64,000 bases of DNA from the human T2T-CHM13v2.0 reference genome, Homo sapiens. Position 1 is the first letter of the stretch; every line of letters begins with the position of its first letter. Below, in pieces: positions 50,546 to 64,000 of this stretch. The notes below the pieces were generated by a model. It had not been told where the DNA came from. It saw only the letters and a program-made list of their open reading frames with translations, and did not search any database. Made by a program: the position numbers and the translations under genes. The stretch lies in NCBI RefSeq assembly GCF_009914755.1, contig NC_060947.1. The stretch is one strand, 5' to 3'.

Positions 50546-51382
50546 TCACCTGATCTCATGCTGAGGGCTGAGGCACAGATGGGCTAAGCCAAGAACTCAG
50601 AGTTGCTTTTTGGAGACTGAGGGTAGGTGAGCTGCCCCCTCGGCCCTCTCTCAGAAAGGAATAAAAGACAGGATATCTCAGTTTTCCCAACTGTAAAATG
50701 AGAATATTACCTCCTCCCTTATAGTTATGAGGGGGGTTAGGGACAATACATATGAAAAAGCTAACAGTGTTTGGCATTACCAACAAATGGCAGTCTAATA
50801 GGATCTGCTAAATTACATGCTTCGATGAGCCCAGGGACAGTGTCCATCTTGTTCTCTATTGTATTCCCAGTGCCAAGAATGCCTGGCACATAAGCTTCTG
50901 CCTGAAGACATAGCTACAAGGAGCTGGGAACAGTGGTACACACCTGTAGTCCTAGCTACTCCAGAGGCTGAGGTGAGAGGATCACTCAAGCCTAGGAGTT
51001 CAAGATTATAGTGCATTATGATCAAGCCTGTGAATAGCCACTGTACTCCAGTCTGGGCGACATAGCAAGACCCTATGCCTCAAAACAAAACAAAACAAAA
51101 GATACAGGTATAAAGAGAAAGAAGAGTTCTACTTCTATGAGCAGAGTAAGTCCGGAAAGGAACAAAACAGGCAAGAAGAGCAGACATACAAAAGAGGTTG
51201 CACAAACAGATCAAGACCCAGCTCAGCAGCTCAGCTGAGAGGGGAGAAAAAAGCAAGAGTGAAGCCAGAGAGAGGCACACTAATGCTCAGAAGAACTCAG
51301 AGAACAAAAGAAGGGATAATGGAACAGGGAACACAGCCTTAGCCAGAAGGAAGGAGAGGACTCCCTCCACCTCAAAGCTCTA

Positions 51383-51565
<183 letters not shown>

Positions 51566-51861
51566 TCAGGACATGGACTCCAGCCCGCAAAAGCAATAAC
51601 TTCCCTCTACCCTCACCCAATGGCATCCAAAGCTGTGGTCCACTCACCTGACCCACACCAACAGCCCCTGTTCCACTGGTCTTTAGCACTGACACCAGCA
51701 CACATTTTGGGAATTCTCAGTACCTTTGCTTGTATCACTCCTCCCTTCCAGTCACTTCCTCCACCAACCATCTCCCCAACTAAATCAGACGCCATCTCTT
51801 CCCACACCTTCTAGCCCAAGCTCTCCCTTCTCTGATTTCTCTATCAGTTAAAACTTTGTCA

Positions 51862-52335
<474 letters not shown>

Positions 52336-52449
52336 TCACTTCACTGGGGGCTATCCCCTTATCCCAACCTCAAATTGCAGCAAAAGATTCCAAGATGTTC
52401 TGATGACAGCTTGTGTGCTACCAAGCTGTGCCCCTTCCATTGCAGCCTA

Positions 52450-52806
<357 letters not shown>

Positions 52807-52844
52807 CTAGGCAGTGCTTAGCCCCACCTCACTCTCATTTCTTT

Positions 52845-53145
52845 CGTTTTTGTTTTTTTGAGACGGTCTTGCTCTGTCGCCCAAGCTGGAATGGAGTGGT
52901 GCAATCACGGCTGACTGTAGACTTGACCTCCTGGGCTCAAGTGATCCTCCTGCCTCAGCCTCCTGAGTAGCTGGAACTATAGGCGCACGCCACCACGCCC
53001 GGCTAATTTTGTATTTTTTGTAGCAATGAAGTTTCACCATGTTGCCAGGCTGGTCTCAAACTCCTAAGCTCAAGCAATCCATCCACTTCGGCCTCCCAAA
53101 GAGCTGGGATCACAGGCACAAGCCACTGCACCACTGCACCCAGCC
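52845..53145 (-). mobile_element. AluJ
   Basis: Diverged reverse Alu. Confidence 0.85.
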
Positions 53146-55102
53146 ACCTCTCTCTCATTTGTCACCTTCCAGTCAATCAGAGAAGCCCAAGGTCCCAATA
53201 GAGAGGGTCACAACTGCCAAAAGCTTTAGATATGTCCTCTAATCTCCCTGACAAGGTCATGTGAGTATTATCATCTCCTATACAGATGAGGAAACAGAGG
53301 CTCAGAGGAGTTAGGACACACAGCAAGCATCAAGATATTTTGGTGCCAAATAATTTGAGCTTTGGCTCTCCCTCTGCTACTGATTTGCTATGCTGCCTTG
53401 AGCAAATCAGTTCCACTGTGGACTCCTTTTTCCTTTTACTAATAATTATAAAAGGAAAATAACTGCACAGTCCACTTACCCCAGAGGGGTAGACTTAATG
53501 AGGGGACCAGTGAAGATCCTCTGCAGATTTCAGAATTATATCTAAGCTCTAGGCATGTTTCAGAGAAAGCAAGCTCCAAAAAGGCACATGCACCTCCTTA
53601 TGTACCACCAAACTTGTTCCATGGTGGCTAAAGGGTGAAAGTGCATGCTATAACTATAGACAGAATGGCCTAGAACTAAGAGATGGTATATCAGAGTAGC
53701 ACTAGCACCTGGCCAACCCAGGACCCAATGTGGGCCAAGGAGACTAGAAACAAGATATGTATGATGCTTCCCTGAAATCTCAGTAACCAAGAAGGACTCC
53801 CATAGGCCCCAAGTCTACAACCTCCTCACTCCAGTCAGAGAGCCTGGTTCTTGGAAGAACTAGATAGTCATTACCATTCACTACCTTGCCCTGATCCCAT
53901 TAGGGGGAACAAAGACAGCTCTTTCCATTTCATAGTTGAGAAAAACTAAGGTCTATTTGTAGAAAGAAACAACCTACAGTTCCTTGGCTGTGAGAACTCT
54001 CAAAGGGCAAGGAAGTGCTCCTTCAACCTCAGCCCCTTAGCTTTCTGAAGTTGGCCTCATCCCTGCTCCTTCTTATTAGTCAGCACTCCCTCTACAGAAA
54101 ACCTGCCCTTGTGTCATGCTAGGCAACATCTTGCCCAAGCTGTACCCCTATAAACCTGACAAGATATATTTTTCTTTTCTGAGATGGGGTCTTGCTATGT
54201 TGCCCAAACTGGTCTTGAACTCCTGAGCTCAAGCAATCCTCCCACCTTAGCTTCCCAAAATGTTAATAGTGCCGAGGCTGAGGAACTCTGGTCTAGAACA
54301 CAAGTGAACTTTTAGGGTATAAGTATTCAGCTGGGCCTGGGCCTAATGCCCCACCCCTTGGACATCTATTAAGATTTGTGGGTACATAATAATGGGGGAG
54401 GGAGTGGCAACATATGCCTAACCTAGAGCTGCCATGGAAAACTCCAGGATCTTACGTGGAACTGGCTTTAGGGAACCTAATCTCACTACCCCAGGGCATT
54501 CTCAAGCAGGAAAAACCCCACCTGTCCATGAAAAGGGCCTGGACTTCCTGTACAGAACAAAAGGGAGAAGGAAAATCCTACCTGCCTGACCCCTGGCCAA
54601 GTCTCTAACCATTCCAGCCTCCACAGAGCCCAGTTCTTGTGTTGTTCTGCCCATCTACCCAAACTCCCACCTTACCAAGCACCCATGGAAGCAAAGTAGA
54701 AAGCACAGGGCTGTGGATGAATTGGATATATGAAGCCACATTCAGCTGGCCAAGGAAGAAGGGGTATCAGCCAGTTCCATAATTCCTTTTTGTTGACTCA
54801 GCTAGGGTAGGCTAGTTTACAGGGGAGTTTCAGAAGTAGCAAACCTTTGTGAGAAAGGGATATATGTCCCCAGCCTTTGGGCTATCAAATCACAAATGCT
54901 AAATGCCCCTGGCTCTTGGTTATATTTAGAGCTCTAAAGCTTCTTCCACGCCCTGGGCACACTAAAGTAATGCAATTTCACAGAAGAGAGAATAAAGGCC
55001 TAGCTAGGTAAAGTACCTCAGCCAGAGAAACTATAAGGGAAGTGGGATTAGAACTCAGGTATACATTCTCCCAACCCCACCACCAGCTCCTAGTCTTCTC
55101 AC

Positions 55103-55180
55103 CTCTAGCTCATTCAGCCTCTGGATTCGGGGGGTAAACCTGAAGTTGTCCACTTCCACAGCAAAGGGTGGCTGCCAGTC
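55103..55180 (-). CDS. KDM5C: KDM5C exon 2
   Basis: [26 protein letters not shown]; 78 nt. Confidence 0.96.
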
Positions 55181-58100
55181 CTGAGAGGGTAGAGAGGGGA
55201 AAGGGACTTGAGTTATCTCAGCATAGTGTAAGACCGGAAGTCACCAAAAGCAGCTCGGAATCCCACTGGCACCTTCCCAAACCTCTAGCCACTCCAGACC
55301 CTTTAACCTGCAAACATCCTACCCAACCACCCACCCCCACCTCCCCCCAGAACTCACAAGAGTCTAGCAGCCCCTCAAGTCTGCACCCAAGGCCCCATGC
55401 ACATGCCCTAGGAAACTTCTCCTGAGTCCCACCCAACAGTACAGTGCCAGGATTTCAAGAAATTAAGAGATGGAGCCTCTGTTTTGTTGACCCTAAACCT
55501 TCTCCACACCCACATTAATTCCTTATCCCCTAGGCACGTGCTGTAGGACACACAGGCCTGGGAGTACTGGAAAGCACACAGGATCTAGAGTCAGAAGATA
55601 TGGGTTCATGTTCTAGATCCGCTACTTACTAGCTATGAGATTTTAGCTTTCTGAACCTGTTTTCTCATCTGTGAGGTGGGAATATGAACTCTAGCCCTGG
55701 CTTCCTTGCCAGACCAATATGGAAAATTAAAACTAGTTTTCAAATGAAAATGTTATTCAAAGGAGTCACCGTTATGACCTGACATCTAAGGCTGACCACA
55801 CCTCACAATACACATGCAGGGTAGCTCAGGTCCGATTGTGGCAGGACGTAAAGGTTTGGGCCTTTAATGTTTGTTCTCTCAGTTTAAAGGGCCTGAGATA
55901 GACACTGCAGGGAAGAGCAAGGAACAGGGAGCAAGTATGTGTATCACTCACCCAGTCTGGAAGGCTTCCTGTAGATCCTCTCTCATACACCTGCCTGGTA
56001 CAGGAAGAGGCAGGGGAGGAAGCCCCAGGGGGTGGGGGTAAGTGCTGGGATGCCTGACTGTGGTGGCAAAGAATGGGAGGATTTGGGGAGGGAAGTCAGG
56101 GAAAGATCATGAAAGTGGGAGACACTCTGCTCTGCCAAGTTGGAGCTTGCTGTGTCCTGCCCAAAGGTCAGCTGTGAAGAACCCCCTCTCCAACACCCCT
56201 TTCCAACCTCCTATGCAGTCCTCTCCTTCCCAGAGCCCTGGCTCCTGCTGGGGTGGTGAAATCAACCTAAAGTAACCTAAACCAATGTTCTCATTTTATA
56301 AATGGGGAAAGTGAGGCTCAGAGAAAAAAAGTGAAATTTCCAAAATTACATGCTGAGTTAGTGGTGGGGCCAAGAACCCACGTCTTCTGACCTCTGATCC
56401 AAGGCCTTTGCACTACACCAGACATCAATGTTCATACATACATGCATACACGTGGGCGGGGGGGAGAGACAGTGAAAGAGAAGAAAAACTGTTGACCTCT
56501 TCTGCACACACACTTTTAGAAAATGGGCTAGAGGACTCATATTTTGCATGCATACACAGACCACACTCCCCTGCCCCTACCAGCCAAAGCAGGTGGCAAA
56601 CATCTGGGGCTCAGTAAGCAGGGACAAAAAAAAAAAAAAACAGGCAGGCCAAAATGGTATGGCTCAAATCCAGACAAGCTCCCCATGCCCTCTTGCCTCT
56701 CATCAGGATAGGGCACTCCCCTCAGCACAGGTAACCCAGCTAAAAAGGTGCTCAAACCCAAAACTCCGGGCACCCTTCTTTCCTGCTGAATCAAGTTCTA
56801 GACAATCAGTGCAACATCAAGCACCTGACAGGAAATGGCAGCCCTGGAATGCTACGGCAGGAGCCATGGATGCAACAGATACCTGGGAAGGCCCTGCAAA
56901 CCGCCTGCCTTCATCTCCAGACTACTGTATGCCAAATGTATGTTGGTATTACTGGGATGTGGTGATAAAAAAAAGGCTGGCTACCTGATGAAGAAAGCAA
57001 GATCCTTCCAAACTCCACTGGGTCTACTCAGGGTACCCACACTCTCCTCCCACCCATCTTTCCCAAGCGTAGCAGTCACCTGCCCAGCAATTCAGGCCCC
57101 AAACCATCCTTCCTCCAGCAAACCTCCAATTCCCAGGTACCCACCCATATACAGGTTCCCACCCTGGGCCCAAGCATCACTTGAGCGAGTACTTCAAACT
57201 TCAACCAGAAGAAGGCCAGCTGCCTAAAGGTGGCCTAGGAGCTGCCATAGAGAAGGAAAAAACAAAACCAAACCAGAGAGCCAGGTATCCTGGATTAGAG
57301 AGAAGCACACTGTTGAGCAGTGAAAAGGACGGCCTCCTGCTGGCCATGCACACCTGGGACATGTCACTCTTCCCCTTCCTGATGCCCCAAAGCAGGGTAA
57401 CAACACCTACACAAGGCCAGCCTGCCTAAGTCAGTCCAAGATAGAAAAAAGGAATTCAGGCCTCAACTACCCCCTACGTCAGCTATGCCTCTTTTTCCCA
57501 CAGGCTTGCCCAACCACTTCAGGGAGTGCCTCCTTGAGGCTGCCCAGGACTCCTGCCTCTCCCTTCCACTAGCCTTCCTGACCCTCTACCCACTGCCACT
57601 CCCTCACCATGGACAAGGATACCTCAGAAATCTGTGGCCAGACTCCAAGAAGGAAGAAATTCGCTTACCCAACACCTCCTAGAGGATCTATCTGAAACCA
57701 TCCTAGATCTGTGGCTGAGCACCAGAAAGCACCAAGTTGGATAAGGAGGCCTGTGGTGCCCTCCTCAGGTGGGAATGAAGCTTCCTATTCCATTTCAGCC
57801 AGGAGACACCCACTCAAAAACACCCTTTTCCAGCAAAGCTCAATTTCTGCCCTTGGAATCCCAACTGATCACTGAACATTATCATCACTTTTCCACCATA
57901 TCAGCAAGGCAGCAGCTTGCCCTAGCCCTTGGGAGACTTCTAGCCTGAAGCCAGGCCTAGGAGGAAAGCTATGGCCTTTGTTGCTGACCCCTGGCAATCA
58001 TGTTCCAAAAGGGACAGAATTCCATGGCTCCATTCTGTTCTGCGGGCCCAAGAGTGCCCTATCCTCTGGGATCTCCTACATCCTGGACCAGAGGAGAGTA

Positions 58101-58699
58101 GAAATCTTCTGAGAAGGACTCACACCCCACCACCAAGCTGACCGGTCCAAACATCTCCATAGGAAGTCAAGTCTGCGGGATGATGTGCAGAAAAGGCCTT
58201 GACATTGCCTTCAACGAGGAAAAGAAGAGGACAATTCCCTGAACCCACCTCAAGGGAGACAGAGCAATCCCTGTGAGACTGATTTCCTGACTGGTCCAGC
58301 AGGCCAGGATATTATCATAGATGAATTGGCCTGGCAAGGTATGAGTAAATATGAGTCAACCTACATAGGAATAAACCAATGACCACATCAAACACCCTCA
58401 CAGTCACAATAATTACCACTTATCTAGTGCGTACTACATACAGACGCTACCTAGTTTAATTCAATCCTCTAAATAACCATTTCTGGGATCCATTTCACGG
58501 GCTCAGAGAGATTACTTCTACTTTCCCAAGGTCACACAGCTGCTCAGCTTCAAAGTGGAGTTTTGAACTCAAGTCTGTCTCCCTTCAGGACTGCGATCTT
58601 TCTATTAATACTATACTATGCTGCCTGCCTTAAAGGAAGTGATGACAACAGATTGGAGAAACGTCTTATTTTTACAGCCTCGACCTAGGTGGCCCGGGC

Positions 58700-59960
<1,261 letters not shown>

Positions 59961-61719
59961 GGAGATGTACTAGGCTCCAGCTCTAGACACTGACACCTCT
60001 GGGGCTTTGAAATAAGGAAGGCAGGAAGCTGCTCACTCCCCGGGGATTATGGATTTTTAGGATTCTGAGTCCCAAGTAAAGGAAGGAAATCTTTATTTCA
60101 TCCAAGGTTACAGGTAGAGAGATGGGGTTTCGATTCTTACCCCCCAAAAGTCACTGGGAGTCAGCATTTTAATGAACGCTTTCAACTGTTCTGTATTCAC
60201 TTTTACCATGTACACATTTGTGGCATATACTCCTACAAAATAAGCCTGTGTGTATGTATACTTTAACTATTGGATGTTTAGCAACGGCGTATTTATCCAG
60301 TGTCAACTGTGTAAAACACCTGTTTGCCCATTTGTGAGCCTACAGTGCACTTACCAAACATCCGTGTACTTTGATTGTATTTATTGTGTATAGCCCCTGT
60401 GCATTTGGTACCAACTGTATGTACATTTAGTCCTATCGTGTGCATGTTCCTTGAGCAGTTTCTGAATAGGTTCATTGCAACTACAGTACTTTGAATGAGT
60501 ATCATCAAACCAGTACTTTGTACATATACATCAGGCATCTACTGATTGGAGGATCATCTGTGTCATTCATCAGCTGTGGACCTACTGCATATAGTTTGAA
60601 CACCTACTGTGCAAATATTTGAGTACTTGCGTACATGCTGATTAAGTAATTTTGTTTTCCCCCATCAGACTATGAATTCCTTAAGGGCAGGGACCATGTG
60701 GCCTTATACATCCTTAGCACTTGGCATGTTAAGCAGTAAATGAATGTTGAGTAAACAAAAGAAAAATGAATAAATGTCCTTAGTATATATTGACTGAAAA
60801 ATATGAATACTTTTTGCAAACATTTCCTGTTTAACATATTAAACATCCACTGTAAGCTCGAGGCAGATAGGGAGTGTCATACCTTCGTGCAGTTAACTGT
60901 TCCTAATCAGATACTGTGCCAATTAGGTCCATCCTGCCTACTTCAGGACTGAGCTAAGGACATCCTGGCTGAGGGAACAGGGCACACAGGTAGGAAGGAG
61001 CTCATGCCCTGGGCTCAAAAGAGTCATGCCTTGCAGTCCCACCAGCTCTGCCATTTTCTAGTTTGTAACCTTGAACAAGTCCCAACTTCTGTAACTGAAA
61101 TGGGGATAATACATACCTTGCAGAATTGTTGTGTACTTGGCACATAGCAGGCCCTCAGTATCTGGTAGCTGTTATTTTTATTTCTGAGAGTCAACAACCA
61201 ATATGCCAAAACTCATTAAGAATCTCCTTTGTGTCAGACACTGTGCTAGTGCTTTTGTATTTTTTTTTTTATCACCTGAATCCTTATATTACTTTGAATG
61301 TTCAAGATCTTTATCCCCACTTGGCTCGTGTGGAGACTTGTCCCAAGTGACACAGATATTAAGTGACATCTTTCTAGTTTTCTAGGTGTCAGGGGAAACC
61401 TCAGCCCCTCTCCACCAGAAACACAGGTGGATGATCCAACTGAACAGCTGTCTGGACAGGAAGCAGGAAAACTAGGCAAAGTGATGCTAATCACAGTAAT
61501 ATCACTAGCCTCTCACACGGATAAGCATCTAATTGCCTACATGGCTAGTTCATACCAATTATTTCCCTTAATCTTTGCAACAGTCTTCAGAAAGATGTAG
61601 GTGAATTTACCCAGTCTGTAGATGAGGAACCAAGTTCCAGAAAGATTAAACAACTTGCCCAGTGATACACAGGAAGTTGCTGACTCTGGTCAAATGCTCT
61701 TCCTGTCGTTTGCCCTCAC

Positions 61720-61945
61720 CAGGAGTGGAGGAGGTGAGGGAAAAGGGAGCTGCTGGGGTGGGAGGTAGAGTGGTGGGGCAGGGCCCAGTCCTTGGCAATA
61801 TGGGGCATGCAGGGCCTGGAGCTTGGACTGCCCATCGGGCAGCACCCCCAGGCCACCGTGGCTGTGACCGTGATGGTGGTAGTGGTGGTGGTGCGTGGAA
61901 GAAACAGATGAAAAGGAGGCAGAGGCCTGGCCAGAGAAGGGTGAG
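61720..61945 (-). pseudogene. Diverged partial duplicate of IQSEC2 last-exon coding sequence
   Basis: Translates to [61 protein letters not shown]. The IQSEC2 sequence as I recall it is [62 protein letters not shown]. Confidence 0.75.
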
Positions 61946-62159
61946 GAGAATCTAGAAGGTGGGAGAATACGGTAGATCTTAGGCCGAAGGAAGTTCAGCC
62001 TTTCCATCTAGAGGCTCAAGGAAGTACAAAGAGCATGAATCAGGAATCAGGAGGCCAGATTTTGGGTCTCAGCTCTGCACAGTCTTCCTACAGCCTTCTT
62101 TGAGGTCCTTTAGCCCAGACACACCCGTCCTAGAAGATTAAATAGAAATTATGTAGTCT

Positions 62160-62570
62160 TTGAAGCCAATGAGATAGAATTTATTCGTTTACAAATATTT
62201 ATTAAATTTCTACTATGCACCAGCAAATTTTCTGGGCACTGGGAATATAATGGTGACCAAGACAGATGTAGTCTCTACTTTCCTGGAGCTGACATGCACC
62301 CACTGAGATCTGCCAAGTACCTCATCTTCCTGAGCCTTGATTTTCTCCTTTGTATAATGAAGCTAAATAATCCCTTCCTCACAGTGTTGTTAGGAGGATT
62401 AGAGATAATGATGACTGCCATTCATCAAGGGCCAGGTGCTATGAAGTAGGTATTGTTATCCCCATCCTACAGATGAGGAAACTGAAGCTCAGGGAAGTGT
62501 AAACTTACTCAAGTCACATGGCTAGTAAGTGGCAGGACCAGAACTCAAACCCAGGTCTGTCTGACTGCCG
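62160..62570. mobile_element. L2 and MIR fragments
   Basis: CAAATATTTATTAAA..CTACTATG (L2 tail) and ACAGATGAGGAAACTGAAGCTCAG (MIR core). Confidence 0.65.
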
Positions 62571-63681
62571 TACAATTCTGCCTGTAAGAGTCTCAGATGG
62601 TGCTCCCCATGTAGTAAGGCATTCAGGAAATGGGTTTGTTCCCCAAGCCATGGGTCTTGCTGGGGGACAACCGGAGTCTAGACGCTGGGGACTTAAGAAT
62701 TGGGATGCATCAGGAAACTCACTCCAGGCTGGGGGCTGGCTTGGCCTCACCCATCCACCCGGGAGACAGGGTCTGACATGGAGTTGGTGCAGAGCAGTGA
62801 CTGGAAGGCTCGTCTGGGCTCAAAACCACACGCACCCCATTCATGTTTTGTGGATCAACTGGGCTGACACTGACTTTGTGTCTCACTTTTTTTGGTTTGT
62901 AAAATATGATCTCTTCCAGTTCTGAAGTAGGTTTAAGCTGTTGGTTCTGATTCCTAAATAGCTCTAGAATCCATCCCCTCCTCCTTGCCATCTTCCACTC
63001 CTCCTGTGAGCCTTTTACTGTCTCTAGCCTGGACTCTTAAAAGAGCCTCCTCAAGGTATCTGTGTGAACTCATGGTTTATTAGACAGAGACAGAGAAATA
63101 TCGATGTATAGTATAGAAATATAGATGTATAGTATGTGCTTATACATATACATAACAATAAAATGATTTATCCAAAGTAATGTTAATTCAAAATGAATTA
63201 TGATAGTAGTGGATTACAACTCACTGGTTAAAATAAAAATCCATGACTCCACATTGATATAAGTAAATAAAGTGAGAGAAAAGGGAAAGTAGAATTCTAA
63301 ATTATATAGAAGGAATGATGGAGCTAGAAATCATCAATGGATGCTCAAACCTTTGCAAAATAAAAGAGCAAGCTCTTAAAATATTGCTGTAACACCTAGT
63401 GCCCAAATCTTGGTTTCTAAATGTCATTCTCTACTAAAAAGAACCGGGGCTCCTTGGAAGGGCTCAGAAAAAGATGGAGATGTGCCACAGGACACAGGGG
63501 CTTAGAGGGCTTCCTACTGGCCAAATCTGGGGCTGTGAACATCAAAATAAAGAATGATGTTAATGGGTTATATATAACCCATTGAGTAAAATAAACAATC
63601 ATTAAGTCCATAAGGATATAAATAAATAAATGTAGAAGGGAAAGCCCTCCCTTATAGTGGAAAGCCAACTAAGACATGCCC

Positions 63682-63998
<317 letters not shown>

Positions 63999-64000
63999 TT

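Noticed and set aside
61690-62007. Calling this the true IQSEC2 terminal exon
   Set aside because: It has substitutions relative to the recalled protein, stops early, lacks the STVV end and is flanked by old repeats; treated as a duplicate instead.

Overview
Primate (almost certainly human X-chromosome) genomic DNA containing the whole KDM5C (JARID1C/SMCX) gene on the minus strand. I mapped 26 coding exons (27240-59153) by GT-AG boundaries; they sum to 4683 nt (1560 aa plus stop). Also present are a CpG-island promoter (~58700-59960), an alternative terminal exon (VMPLMNGD*), tandem splice sites and two intronic mirtron-type miRNAs (MIR6894, MIR6895). The left ~25 kb is dense in transposons: an ERV1 env/LTR remnant, an ERVL internal region, MaLR LTRs, L1M pieces and many Alus. 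The most unusual feature is a diverged, still-open copy of part of the IQSEC2 last exon (His/Pro-rich) about 2.3 kb upstream of KDM5C, bracketed by phase-0 splice sites. Other notable items are two uORFs, a hairpin/G-quadruplex element in the 3'UTR, a candidate 3'UTR retrocopy and a retroposed LTR-RNA end inside an Alu. Repeat boundaries and subfamily calls are approximate, and gene/miRNA identities rest on recall rather than searches.
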